From NCBI GenBank assembly GCA_043718945.1, contig JAYSUV010000042.1, forward strand, positions 1-55,627: 55,627 nucleotides of DNA, given 5' to 3'. Of the stretch, positions 37,901 to 45,432 are shown one piece after another (positions within the stretch are counted from its first letter, which is position 1; each line of letters opens with the position of its first letter). Source of the DNA: Planctomycetota bacterium. Its GTDB lineage: Bacteria; Planctomycetota; Planctomycetia; Planctomycetales; Planctomycetaceae. The notes beneath the pieces were generated by a model. The model worked only from the letters and a program-made list of their open reading frames with translations. It did not search any database and was not told the DNA's origin. The translations under genes and the position numbers were made by a program.

Positions 37901-40900
37901 TAGTCGCCATCCAGCAGCACGGTCGTCGTATTATCAAACCTCCAGTTTCCAATTGAATCAGTCGTCGTAGTTCCGATGGAGACCCCGTCGAGGTAGACCT
38001 CGATGCTCGCATTCGGATCAGCTGTCCCACTGAAGATCAACGTATTGTCGTTCGTGTACTCATCGGTGGACGAGCTTCCGGAGTCGATTGAAATCGCGGT
38101 CACGGTCGGGACGGTCGTATGCGGGCCAGCGACGGCGTCGGTATCGACCGTGAACGCGAAATCGGGTGACGGGCTGGTGACGTTGCCCGCCAAGTCAGTC
38201 TGCACACCGGTCAGTATGTAGTCGCCGTCAGGCAGTACCACACTGGTGTAGTCAAAGGTCCAGTTCCCAGCTGCATCGATGTTCGTCGTACCAATGCTGG
38301 TCCCGTCCAGGAACAGCTCCAGAACAGAGTTCGGCTGCCCAGTGCCCGAGAACTCCAGCGTGTTGTCGCTGGTGTATTCGTCGGTCGCCGAGACACCGGT
38401 GTCATCACTCATCGAAGAGATCAACGGCAACGCTGCAATCGGTCCGGTGCCAGTGTTGGTGTCCACGGTGAACGCATACGTGGCCGACAGGTCGGAAACA
38501 TTCCCCGCATCATCCGTCGAGGTCGCCGTCAGTACATAGGGTCCGTCCGCCAAGACGGTCGCTGTGTAATCGAGACTCCAAAGTCCAGCCCCATCGGCCA
38601 TGACGGTGCCGATGGACACGCCATCCAAGAACACTTCAACTTCACTATTGGGCTCAGCGTTCCCGCTGAAGATCAGAGTATTGTCGCTCGTGAAGGCATC
38701 GGTCGAGCTACTTCCCGTGTCATCGCTAATGGCCGTCACAACTGGCGGCTCTGGATTGTCGGTGTCGACCACAGCCTCATAGACCGGCGATGTGGCCATA
38801 TTCCCAGCTGGATCAGTCTGCACGGCGGTCAAGTCATATGTTTCATCGGGCAGCGTTGCCGAGGTGTGGTCAATGCTCCACAGACCCGCTCCATTCACCA
38901 TGACAGTCCCGATCGAGACACCGTCAATGAACACCTCGACCGAGGAGTTCGGTTGAGCGGTACCACTAATTACGAGGGTGTTGTCGCTGGTCACTCCGTC
39001 GGTTCCAGAAGACCCGCTGTCGATACTAATCGCACTGACGATCGGGCCTTGAATCAAGGTGCCAGAGCCAGTGTTCGTATCAACCACGATCGCAAACGGA
39101 TCACTCAACACCGACGTATTGTCAGCGGCATCGGTCGAGGTCGCGGTGAGCACATACGGCCCATCAGCCAGCGTCGTCCCAGTATGGTCAAAGGTCCAGT
39201 TCCCGGCTCCATCGACAACGACAGTCCCCAGGCTCACCCCATCCAGGAACAACTCCAGAGTGCTATTCGGCTCCGCGGTACCCGAGATCGTCAGAGTGTT
39301 GTCGCTCGTGAAGCCGTCGGTGCTCGATGGCCCGGTATCATCGCTGATTGCAGTAATGACGGGTTTGGTCGGAGCAATCGTGTCGGCGATATAGTCGACG
39401 GTGACGTTCGCGACATTCGAGCTATCGCTGCCATCATTCACGACATAAGAGATCACTCGATCGGTCGGCGTTCCTGAGCTGCTCGAGAACTGAATCCCCG
39501 CCAGCACGGCTTGGTAGTCGGCTGGTGAGGCCGATCCACTCAGCGTCAGCTCGCCCGTGGCGGGGTTGTAGGCCGTGACCGTAATGCCCGCGAGCGTCGC
39601 TGCTGCCTGTGCAGCTGGGGTCAGAGTTAACAGATCGTTCGTGCGATCGATACTCGATATCGTCACAGTGGCCGATTCGATGAAGGTATCGTCCACATCG
39701 CTCACAGTGACAGTCGAAGCCACCACAACTTCGGGTCGGTCCTGCGTATACGTCGGTGTGCTAACGGCGGTGATGACAGGTGGATCATTCTCTGCAGTGA
39801 TCGTGATCTGGCTGGATGCCGTATTGCTGGTGCCTCCATCGCCATCGGTGACGACTGCCGTGATCGTACGCGTTGCCGCTGGAGTATCATCGGCATTGGC
39901 GTAGGTCAGCGACTGAAGCAGGGCATCGACCGCCCCCGGTGTCGCGTTGGCGGTGAAGTCGATGATCAGGTCGCTGCCGTTCGATCCATCGGCTCCCGTG
40001 CGAACGGTGCCAATGACGACTCCTCCGTAAGTGATCGTTGTTCCGCTAAACCCGATCAGCCCTGGTCCTGTTCCAAAGTCCATGAAGGACAGCTGGTCAT
40101 CCGTGCTGCCGCCGTCCATTGCGTCATAGCTGATGGTCAGTGAGCCTCCATTCAGGTTCATCGAGTCGGTGTCGGTCACGGTGACGGAGATGTCCACCAG
40201 CTGAGGCCCGCTGTTGACTGCCGATTCGGTGAAGGTGACACCGTTCAGGTCAGCAATTGCCGGTGTGTCGTTGGTCGACACAACCGAGATCGTCGAGATC
40301 GCGGTGTTGGAATTCGCGGAGCCGTCGTTGACCGTGATATCAATTACTCGCGGTGTGGTCGACGGAGTATCACTCGTGTTCTCGAAGCGTAGAGCAGCGA
40401 GGGCGTTCTGGTAGTCCGCCTGCGTCGCGGTCCCACTCAAAGTGATCGTCACAATCCCCGGCACAGCAGTGTCAATGATGGCCGTGATCCCGCCCGGCAG
40501 GCTGGAAGCAAACGTCAGCAGATCACCGGTTTGAGCATTGGTCAGCACGACGAGTGCCGATTCGATGTTCGGATCGTCTGGGTCACTCATCAGGACGGTC
40601 GAGGCTGTCACAGAGACTGCCGGGCCATTTTCCGTAAACGTATTGACATAGCCTGTCCCGGCAATCGCAGTCGACATATCGAGCACGGGAACATCATTGA
40701 CCGGCGTGACGTTGATGACCGTCAGCGCACTGGCAGTCGCGTTCTCCGTGCCGCCGTCGTCAATCGTGACCTGAATTGTGCGAGCCGCTGCGGGCGTGTC
40801 CGACGAGTTGACGTACGTCAGATTCTGGATCAATGCTTCTACCGCTGCCGGTGTCGCACTCGCATTGAAATCAATCACCAGCGGCGTTCCAGCAGTTCCG

Positions 40901-43900
40901 TTTTGTCCCCCGGAGATTGTGCCGATGACGACACCGCCGAAGGTCACGGTCGTACCGTTGAAGCCAATCTGGCCGGAGCCGGTCCCTTGATTCCGAATCG
41001 AGAGGCTGTCCTCCGTCCCGCCGCCCACTGAGTAGCCCACCACCAGCGACCCGCCGTTGAAGTTCGGCGAATCGATGTCACTGACGGTCACATCGATGTC
41101 GATCAGCTGTGGCCCGGCGTTGACCAACGTCTCGGTGAAAGTCACGGACGGCACAAGATCGGTGAAGACCGGCGGGTCATTCACCGGGTTGATGGTGATC
41201 GTGATGACATCGTTGTTCGTGGCCGTGGAACCATCGGATTCTGTCGCCGTGGCCAACAGGCTGAGTGTGACCTCGCCGGACTGATTCGGCGGTGGAATCA
41301 AAAACAGCATTCCCAGATTCCAGCTGGTAATCGTGACAACAGCACCACTCGCGGGAGAGGTAAACGTGTTGGTCCCGTCGGTCAGCGTGAAGCCGGGAGG
41401 AACGGTAGTGATCTGGAGTGTGAGGGTTTCTGATCCATCCAGATCGGCCAGGACTGCGCTGATGTGCCCCGCCAGACTGACGCCGACCGTATCTTCATAG
41501 TCGACGACATCGACCGTGGACAGGATCGGCGTGTCAGCCACGGGAGTCACGATTACCGCGACAGTCTCTAATTCCAGTCCATTGGCGACCGAGACGTTGT
41601 AGTTACCACTGTAGTTCGTCGGCGAGATGACCTTGAGGGTGCCAACACTGGCCGCTGGGACCGACCACAGGCCGCCGCCCAGATTGATACCGACCGAGAG
41701 AGTCGTCCCCGTCGGGGCTCCGCTCAGGTTGATCGTGAACGGACTCGTCGCCAGCGTGTTGACGATCCCCAGGCTGATTCCGCCGACCTGATCCTCGGGA
41801 CCGGTGACGGAACTGGGGGCGGTGAACTGGTTGAGAACATGGATCGTCGATGTCACCGCTGTTCCGGTAGCTCCACCCGCATCGGTCGCTGTCATCGAAA
41901 TCACGCGGTCGCCGTGGGTCGCCTCGACTGAGGTGTTCTGGTACTCGATCGACCGCAAGACGTCCCGGAAATCGGTCAGTGCCGCCGATAACGGTGCCCC
42001 CCCCGGGGTCACGATCACAGTCGCCGTCGTTCCGCTCAGCGTGACATCCACATCGAATTGCTCGCCATTGACTGTTACTTGCTGCGTGCTGCTCGACACA
42101 AGGGAGATCGTCGTACCGCCGATGATCAGCTTCTCCCGATTGCCATCAATGAGTCCGGAGACGGTGAGATTCAGGCTCGCCAGCGTTGTGTTATCGGGAT
42201 CGATGATCGTCGAAGAGTTCGCCAATGGGCTGGCATCAATGCTGACCGGACCGGTCGATTCACTGCATGTGGTCACATAATTGCCGTCATTCGCCCCGCC
42301 CGTGATGTTGTTTGGATCAAGGTTCAAGACGGGAACATCGTTGACCCCGTTGATCGTGATCGTCAGATTCGCTGTGTCGGTCAAAGGACCAACGGTTAAG
42401 TCTGTCACGGTGTAAACAAACGTTTCTGTCACAGTCTGACCTGTTGTCAGTGCGTTCACCGTCGGGTCGCTGCCGTTCACTGTGTAGCTGTAGCTCCCAT
42501 TCGCATTGACGGTAAGTGTGCCATAGGTGCCAGTGACTGTCGTCGCACCAGCGACCGCCGTCGCGTTGACGTTCACCACATTGAGAACATCATTCTCTGG
42601 ATCGGAGTCCACTCCCGCGCCAGTGTTATCCGTCAGAACATTGCCAGAGACCGGCACCACAGCGTTCTCGGAAATCGACACCAAGTTGTCTGTCGCGTTC
42701 GGTGCATCATTGACTGCAATGATCGTGACATTCGCCACAGCTGCGTTGCTGACAGTACCTTCGGAGTCAGTCGAAGTAAACGAGAAGGAGCGTGCGCTTC
42801 CCGACGGGGCCTCATCGGTATTGAGATAGGTAATGGAGCGCACCAGAGTCGTCAGGTCTGCTGCCGACATCGGGATCGCAGCTCCGGCGTTGTTCTGAAT
42901 CGAGAAAGTGCCGGTGGCGGCCACATAGCTGATCGCAAACGTCGTTCCGCCCAATGTGGCAGAGAGCGTTGCGTCAGTATTCAGAGCGAAAGACTGCCCT
43001 CCGATCGTCAACGATTCCAGCGCCCCATCGGCGAGACCGGTGGCGACGATGTTCATCAGGGTGATGTCGTTCTCACCGAGGTCGCTCACTGCCGCAATGG
43101 CGGAGGTGAGATTCACGGTTGCATCCCCTTCGGTGAAGGTGACTGCATTGTCTCGCGTGACATCCCCCACCGATGCCGCGGAGTTGAGATCGACGATTGG
43201 AGCGTCATTGACCGGCACGACAGTCAGGCTTGTCGTCACGGAGACCGAAGTGAGGGCTGCACTGTCCGTTGAAACGAACGAAACCGTGCGAACACCCGCA
43301 GTCGGGTTCTCAGAGGTATGTGAATAGGCCACCGATCGCATGATCGTTTGCATCTCGGAGACTGAGATTACGCCGCCTCCGGTGCGAGTGATCTCAAATG
43401 TCGATGTCGCCGCCGTGTATGCGACGGTGACGTTGTATGCCACACCGCTTACGGCCACCGTCGTCAGCGTTGAGTCCGAATTGAGCGTGAATACCGAACT
43501 CCCTACATGAATGCGTTCCGCAGCTGCTTCCAGCACTCCTGTCACTGAGACGGTCAGACGATTCAGGTCCGCCTCTCCGAAATCATTCGCAGTTGAGTTG
43601 GTCGCCATCAGGGCGACTGCAGCTGCGTTCTCGGTGTACGTCGCCACATAGTTCCCATCGTTCGCTCCACCACTGGCATTGGAGGGATCGAGGTTGAGAG
43701 TTGGCGCATCATCCACTGCGACAACACCAATCGTCGCGACTGCGATATCTGATGGGTTCACTCCATCTGTTACCCGCACCGTGACATTGCGTGGTGTGGT
43801 TGAAGGAGTGTCGGAGTTGTTGGAAAAACTCACCGCTTGAATCGCTGTTTGGTATTCCGCCAGCGTCGCTGTCCCTGAAAGAGTGACTGTGACCTGTCCC

Positions 43901-45432
43901 GCCACGCTCGTGTTGATACTCGATGAGATAGAACCGGGCAGCGTGCCGACCGTCATAAGATCACTGGCCTGCGCGTTCGTGAGTATGATCGTGGCTCCGG
44001 TCAGAGTGCTACTGGAAGCATGTTCCAGAAGAATGTCCATGTCACTGATCGAGACTGCCGATCCTCCCTCTATGAATGATGTCAGGTAGTTGCTCCCCGT
44101 CGCTCCACTGCTGTTGTTGCTATCCAAATCAATCTGTGGAATGCCCACGACCACGGGACTGGAAAACACAAAGTCTCCGTCGCCATCATGGTCGTAGAAT
44201 CGCTGACCCGCAGACGCATTGAAGCAGAAGTAGGTGGCCTCCCACGAGCTGCGATTCCGCCAGCTATACTGAACCCAGGCCTCTTGTTGAGTGGCATTTT
44301 GGCCGAGCGTCCCATCCGCTCGAACCTGATTGCCATCATTACTGATCACCAGATTCGTGGGATTATTGCGGGTATATGCATAGAGGCCAGTCAGGTCAGC
44401 AGCTGCCCCTTCAATGGATGCCCCGACACCGAGGTTGCCGTCCAAGTCGCGAATCTTGAAGTTCGGGTCACCGATTGCGACCACGGTCTGGCCTGTCCCT
44501 GACTGAAAGACCTCCCAGCGAATTGTCGCTGTTCCCGCATTATCAATTGTTACCCGTGGATCGTCGGAACCGCCGCCGGTCGTAAACCCGACGATAGAGG
44601 CTCCTGTTCTGGAGATGACGGTGGCACGCAAATCGATCGGGACTCCGCCGACGGTTCCCGCGTTGGTCCAGAGTCCAACGGTTCCAACGCCACCTGTTCC
44701 GGTGACCGTCGGCAGACCTGACGCGGAAATCAGCAAGGGAGCCAGTACACCCTGCCACGCAGGTGCCTCTAAGGTGGCCGTCTCCTGTGTCCCGTGCTGG
44801 AACTCGAGATCCCAGTCACCGCCCAGGCTGACGTTCCCTGTCATGTCATCGCTGGCAGACACATCGGCACCCGTCAGGACGCTGATCTCCTCCAGCATTT
44901 GCACACCTGTAGCTGTCTGGGCAACATCGCAGCCGTAGAACAGCAAGTCCGCGTCCGCACTCAGGTGGGTGCCCCAGCGAGCGAACTCTCCGGCATGTTG
45001 CGGCAAGTTCTCGGGGGCCAGCCAGGTGGAACCCAGTTCGATCTGGCCCGGTTGTCCGTGCGTGAAAATGTGGACGGCGTCGTACGGAGTGGTCGACCCC
45101 GCGAGCAGTTGCGTGATCTGCTCGACCCCATCCTGGTCGGCGTTCAGATATCGCACCTCGAAGTCTCGCCCTGTCTGGCCTGAGAGCAGTTCTTGGAGAA
45201 GCTGCTCCGCATTGGCGACGCGCGGGTCCATGATGATCAGTTCGTGCGTTCCCTGTGTGGGAGCTTGATCGATGGCGGCTTGCGTCTGCTCCGGCACCGG
45301 CTGGGCCTCGACTTGTGCTTCTTCAGCCAGTGCCGCTGCATCGGGCACGGCGTCAAACAGGAGGCGGTCTTCGAGCTGTTCCATCAGCAGGGTGCGGGGA
45401 CGGAGCCAGTTGGTGGAGGTGCGACGGAACAT
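28996..45432 (-). CDS. Giant (5,478 aa) surface/adhesin-like repeat protein: N-terminal DUF4347-like domain, cadherin-like/VCBS region, then dozens of bacterial Ig-like (BapA/SiiE-type) modules
   Basis: Single uninterrupted 16,437-nt ORF. ATG 45432 is preceded by GGAG (45441-45444) with an 8-nt spacer. N-terminus MFRRTSTNWLRPRTLLMEQLEDRLLFDAVPD has no hydrophobic signal peptide. Residues ~62-211 match the DUF4347 pattern (HELIIMDP...HIFTHGQPGQIELG...LLFYGCDVA...GDWDLEF). VNDAP/VDDAP-delimited cadherin-like units and a VCBS-like unit (GTYGTLTVNANGSYSYTV...TETFVYTVTD) follow. From about 39400 downward there are repeated ~100-aa modules (ISDDTGSSSTDxxTSDNTLxxSGTAEPNS...DGVSxGT...GxWxxD; PNLTDPTDSGSSNTDDLTNxTTPTFxAPAGTGEPGSTVTLY...). 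Confidence 0.9.
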   Translation of the reverse strand: MFRRTSTNWLRPRTLLMEQLEDRLLFDAVPDAAALAEEAQVEAQPVPEQTQAAIDQAPTQGTHELIIMDPRVANAEQLLQELLSGQTGRDFEVRYLNADQDGVEQITQLLAGSTTPYDAVHIFTHGQPGQIELGSTWLAPENLPQHAGEFARWGTHLSADADLLFYGCDVAQTATGVQMLEEISVLTGADVSASDDMTGNVSLGGDWDLEFQHGTQETATLEAPAWQGVLAPLLISASGLPTVTGTGGVGTVGLWTNAGTVGGVPIDLRATVISRTGASIVGFTTGGGSDDPRVTIDNAGTATIRWEVFQSGTGQTVVAIGDPNFKIRDLDGNLGVGASIEGAAADLTGLYAYTRNNPTNLVISNDGNQVRADGTLGQNATQQEAWVQYSWRNRSSWEATYFCFNASAGQRFYDHDGDGDFVFSSPVVVGIPQIDLDSNNSSGATGSNYLTSFIEGGSAVSISDMDILLEHASSSTLTGATIILTNAQASDLMTVGTLPGSISSSINTSVAGQVTVTLSGTATLAEYQTAIQAVSFSNNSDTPSTTPRNVTVRVTDGVNPSDIAVATIGVVAVDDAPTLNLDPSNASGGANDGNYVATYTENAAAVALMATNSTANDFGEADLNRLTVSVTGVLEAAAERIHVGSSVFTLNSDSTLTTVAVSGVAYNVTVAYTAATSTFEITRTGGGVISVSEMQTIMRSVAYSHTSENPTAGVRTVSFVSTDSAALTSVSVTTSLTVVPVNDAPIVDLNSAASVGDVTRDNAVTFTEGDATVNLTSAIAAVSDLGENDITLMNIVATGLADGALESLTIGGQSFALNTDATLSATLGGTTFAISYVAATGTFSIQNNAGAAIPMSAADLTTLVRSITYLNTDEAPSGSARSFSFTSTDSEGTVSNAAVANVTIIAVNDAPNATDNLVSISENAVVPVSGNVLTDNTGAGVDSDPENDVLNVVNVNATAVAGATTVTGTYGTLTVNANGSYSYTVNGSDPTVNALTTGQTVTETFVYTVTDLTVGPLTDTANLTITINGVNDVPVLNLDPNNITGGANDGNYVTTCSESTGPVSIDASPLANSSTIIDPDNTTLASLNLTVSGLIDGNREKLIIGGTTISLVSSSTQQVTVNGEQFDVDVTLSGTTATVIVTPGGAPLSAALTDFRDVLRSIEYQNTSVEATHGDRVISMTATDAGGATGTAVTSTIHVLNQFTAPSSVTGPEDQVGGISLGIVNTLATSPFTINLSGAPTGTTLSVGINLGGGLWSVPAASVGTLKVISPTNYSGNYNVSVANGLELETVAVIVTPVADTPILSTVDVVDYEDTVGVSLAGHISAVLADLDGSETLTLQITTVPPGFTLTDGTNTFTSPASGAVVTITSWNLGMLFLIPPPNQSGEVTLSLLATATESDGSTATNNDVITITINPVNDPPVFTDLVPSVTFTETLVNAGPQLIDIDVTVSDIDSPNFNGGSLVVGYSVGGGTEDSLSIRNQGTGSGQIGFNGTTVTFGGVVIGTISGGQNGTAGTPLVIDFNASATPAAVEALIQNLTYVNSSDTPAAARTIQVTIDDGGTENATASALTVINVTPVNDVPVLDMSTAIAGTGYVNTFTENGPAVSVTASTVLMSDPDDPNIESALVVLTNAQTGDLLTFASSLPGGITAIIDTAVPGIVTITLSGTATQADYQNALAALRFENTSDTPSTTPRVIDITVNDGSANSNTAISTISVVSTNDTPAIADLNGVTFTESAVNSGPQLVDISVTVTDTDSMNLNGGSLTISYDAMDGGSTDDQLSFMDFGTGPGLIGFSGTTITYGGVVIGTVRTGADGSNGSDLIIDFTANATPGAVDALLQSLTYANADDTPAATRTITAVVTDGDGGTSNTASSQITITAENDPPVITAVSTPTYTQDRPEVVVASTVTVSDVDDTFIESATVTISSIDRTNDLLTLTPAAQAAATLAGITVTAYNPATGELTLSGSASPADYQAVLAGIQFSSSSGTPTDRVISYVVNDGSDSSNVANVTVDYIADTIAPTKPVITAISDDTGPSSTDGFTSDNTLTISGTAEPNSTLELFLDGVSLGTVVVDGAGNWTFDHTGTTLADGPYVLTATSTDAADNTSVLSDPFAIVVDTNTGSGTLIQGPIVSAISIDSGSSGTDGVTSDNTLVISGTAQPNSSVEVFIDGVSIGTVMVNGAGLWSIDHTSATLPDETYDLTAVQTDPAGNMATSPVYEAVVDTDNPEPPVVTAISDDTGSSSTDAFTSDNTLIFSGNAEPNSEVEVFLDGVSIGTVMADGAGLWSLDYTATVLADGPYVLTATSTDDAGNVSDLSATYAFTVDTNTGTGPIAALPLISSMSDDTGVSATDEYTSDNTLEFSGTGQPNSVLELFLDGTSIGTTNIDAAGNWTFDYTSVVLPDGDYILTGVQTDLAGNVTSPSPDFAFTVDTDAVAGPHTTVPTVTAISIDSGSSSTDEYTNDNTLIFSGTADPNASIEVYLDGVSIGTTTTDSIGNWRFDNTTTVLLDGDYEVSVEQTDQAGNLSASTDLPFTIDTNAVDGPHAMVTPAVVSLATNITLPTLTGEYDSDDAVALSVTVNGVIYVLGTDPQLTTVGDTWTLNLSVGTVAGLPEGTYSVTTTATDLAGNSLTDVTSAELLVDLTAPAAPTIDGPIEGDDIINAAEDDDAAISGTGEPNTTLTLTVDDGNPLTPPVTIDVLVDAMGNWTVPVAGLNLSGLKDGPLTVTAFTTDASGNVSPTATAAPVHDTVNEPVVITGPVEGDDIVNAAEAGSVLVTGTAEPNSTVTVSISDGANPPVEVVVTTDPSGNWTIVGQEVDISGLNEGPLTITATAVDEAGNPSTSDTHDIVLDITAPSINPLDPDALTIDTPIEGDNTANAAEDNDVLLTGTAEPNSTVTLTVRDPSGHGVTVTVMTDPDGLWTITGDELDLSAFDQGTLDVSATATDLAGNTSAAVATTFEHDSLVGVTITGPVMGDDRIRDAEDNAVLVIGTTDPNASVEVTLTDATGKFVTVTVIADGAGLWSIAGQEVDLSTFDQGTITITAIATDTAGNVSTTATHPIDHDSIDPAPPTVNTLVTNDQTPTLTGTWDEASASELEVTVNGVTYVLGTNPQLTTDGSENWTLNLNSQPLLPGAVYDVSVVSNDEAGNTSNDSTASELTVDVAPPVRPTVNVLITNDVTPTITGTWAAGDATILQVVVNGFTYVRDLNNPAASDPQLVANSDGTWSLNLDGEPALNPGRYNVSASNWDPANNRSNDKTTNEVTIDVTPPLAAVNPPNLTTPTDTGISNTDDLTGNNTPTFSGKGGEPGSTATIYAQPVDENGDPTGPPVTIGTATTGPTGLYSVLTNPGNPLADGPYLITVTFTDRAGNESDPSPSLAIVVDTTAPVELLITDAATSTIEEDHVVNLAESPDVTIAGSGAEPSSTVSVVITDSLSNILGPIAATLNADGTWTIPDQDFSGLADGPITVVATETDNAGNVGLGVSTTLTLDRTPPLAPPVVDMTDETDSAGASVADDLTYDQTPTFTAPPGTGVAGDVVSIYVDGELVATGFVALDGSYEVTPTNPIAEGPHDVTASFTDPAGNEGPQSTILAIVIDITEPSLLAIDAPVMEDDLINAAEAPATVVSGSGVEPTSTVEVTFTDSLGASVGPVMATVNPDGTWTISPTDLTSLADGPITVTVIEEDAAGNLSEPVTSNITLDTTPPEAALIAPNLTDPTDTGVSNTDDNTANIAPTFDAPAGTGEPGSTVTLYVTPLDVNGDPIGSPLVVGTAIVNEDGSYTISVGPISPLGDGPYDVTVTFTDIAGNEGPQSPALAIIIDTTEPAAALIAPNLTDATDSGTSPTDDLTNVTTPTFDAPVETGEPGSTVTLYVTPLDADGEPTGPAVAVGTAIVNEDGSYTVRVDAMNPLVDGHYDVTVTFTDLAGNEGPQSPALAIVVDTTAPTTDPGAVDPLTIAPPIEGDDIVNAVEVDDVLVTGTAEPNSVVEVTLDDGNPLTDPVVATVTTDAAGNWTLLGSEVDLSTLDDGPLNVTATATDAAGNTSEPVTAEITKDTVAPAAALIAPNLTDPTDSGSSNTDDLTNVTTPTFDAPAGTGEPGSTVTLYVTPLDENGDPAGPPMAVGTAAVNEDGSYTVSVDPMNPLADGPYDITVTFTDPAGNEGAQSLALEIVVDTMAPAAAPVAPNLTDPTDTGSSPIDDLTNDTTPTFDAPAGTGEPGSTVTLYLDGERVGTATVNEDGSYEVSVDPDSSLADGPHDVTVTFTDPAGNESEPSPPLAIIVDTTDPNNLLITNADTSTIEGDHVVNLVESPDVTIAGSGAEPTSTVSVVITDSLGTELGPIAATVNEDGTWTIPDQDFSSLVDGPITVIATETDAAGNVGPGVSTTLILDTTSPVAPLLVDMTDGTDSGASPTDDLTNDQTPTFTAPAGTGVPGDLVTIYVDGELVATGTVAEDGSYEVTPTTPIAEGPHNVTASFTDPAGNEGPQSLVLSIEIDITPPSELAINPNPMVDGLVNADEAPNTVVSGSGVEPTSTVTVTFTDSEGHTVGPVMATVNDDGTWTSSPTDLTSLVDGSITITAVESDDAGNVGEPVVSELTLDTTPPTAAATPPNLVDSSDSGSSNTDDVTSDTTPTFNAPAGTGEPGSTVTLYIDGEPVGMALVNEDGSYTVDVPAVSPLTDGPHAVTVTFTDPAGNEGPPSPVLSIVVDTTAPIAAVIAPDLTNESDSGSYSTDDLTNDTTPTFSAPPGTGEPGSTVTLYVDGEPVGTALVNADGSYTVSLPPGSPLTDGPHEVAVSFTDPAGNEGPLSPALDFIVDSTAPDGLAIDGPVTSDNVVNLTETPLVALSGTGAEPGSIVSVTLTDSDGNNLGPIAANVNPDGTWTVPATDISSLADGPITVTATETDEAGNVGEPVTSAFDKDTTPPAALTPPNLVDESDSGSASEDDLTNDTTPTFNGPTGSGEPGSTVTLYVDGEPVGTAIVNEDGSYEVTVDPGSPLVDGPHDLTVTFTDTAGNEGPQSPTLVITLDTTAPDGLVISGPVTPDDVVNAAEQMGVVISGIGVEPTSTVTVTLTDSAGNEVGPVTAFVNEDGTWSIPPTDISSLIDGPITVTATETDKAGNAGDPVSSSFDKDTTPPQALTPPDLVDGSDTGDTPTDNLTNDNTPTFSGPAGAGEPGSTVTLYVDGEPVGTAIVNEDGSYSVDVPVSSPLSDGEHQVTVTFTDVAGNEGPHSPPLAITIDTTEPISPTTTLTLPDKLTGTGEPGTKITMLDKNGDPGVDTNGNPIVTMVGVDGKWTLTGMFPQLGFQDTVTVISTDGAGNSSSTSVKIAFFGFDSFNNLSQTPSRFMSEAWSDSEILLSRLLLDLGSSPILSGSARPGTQLIARLYSVDGSILAEQSVIADAAGNWMLQLPGMLPSDAPRIVIEHISTSQVPLGSSGFRLSDQTYTQLQFGTTYGYQSTADGVLGATAGEALRVDHAENLNPLNWL
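44800..45249 (-). other. DUF4347-like N-terminal domain of the giant protein (residues ~62-211)
   Basis: Block HELIIMDPRV...DAVHIFTHGQPGQIELG...ADLLFYGCDVAQTATG...ADVSASDDMTGNVSLGGDWDLEF. Coordinates were derived by counting residues from ATG 45432. Domain name is recalled from memory of similar giant proteins. Confidence 0.5.

Noticed and set aside
29016-45183. Many long plus-strand ORFs inside the giant gene (e.g. 32738-33700, 36704-37591, 29873-30493)
   Set aside because: They are antisense to an uninterrupted 16.4-kb ORF with clear domain repeats. Their repetitive Val/Ser/Pro/Gly-rich translations simply mirror the sense repeats. Stop-poor antisense frames are expected in GC-rich Thr/Asp/Gly/Val-rich genes.
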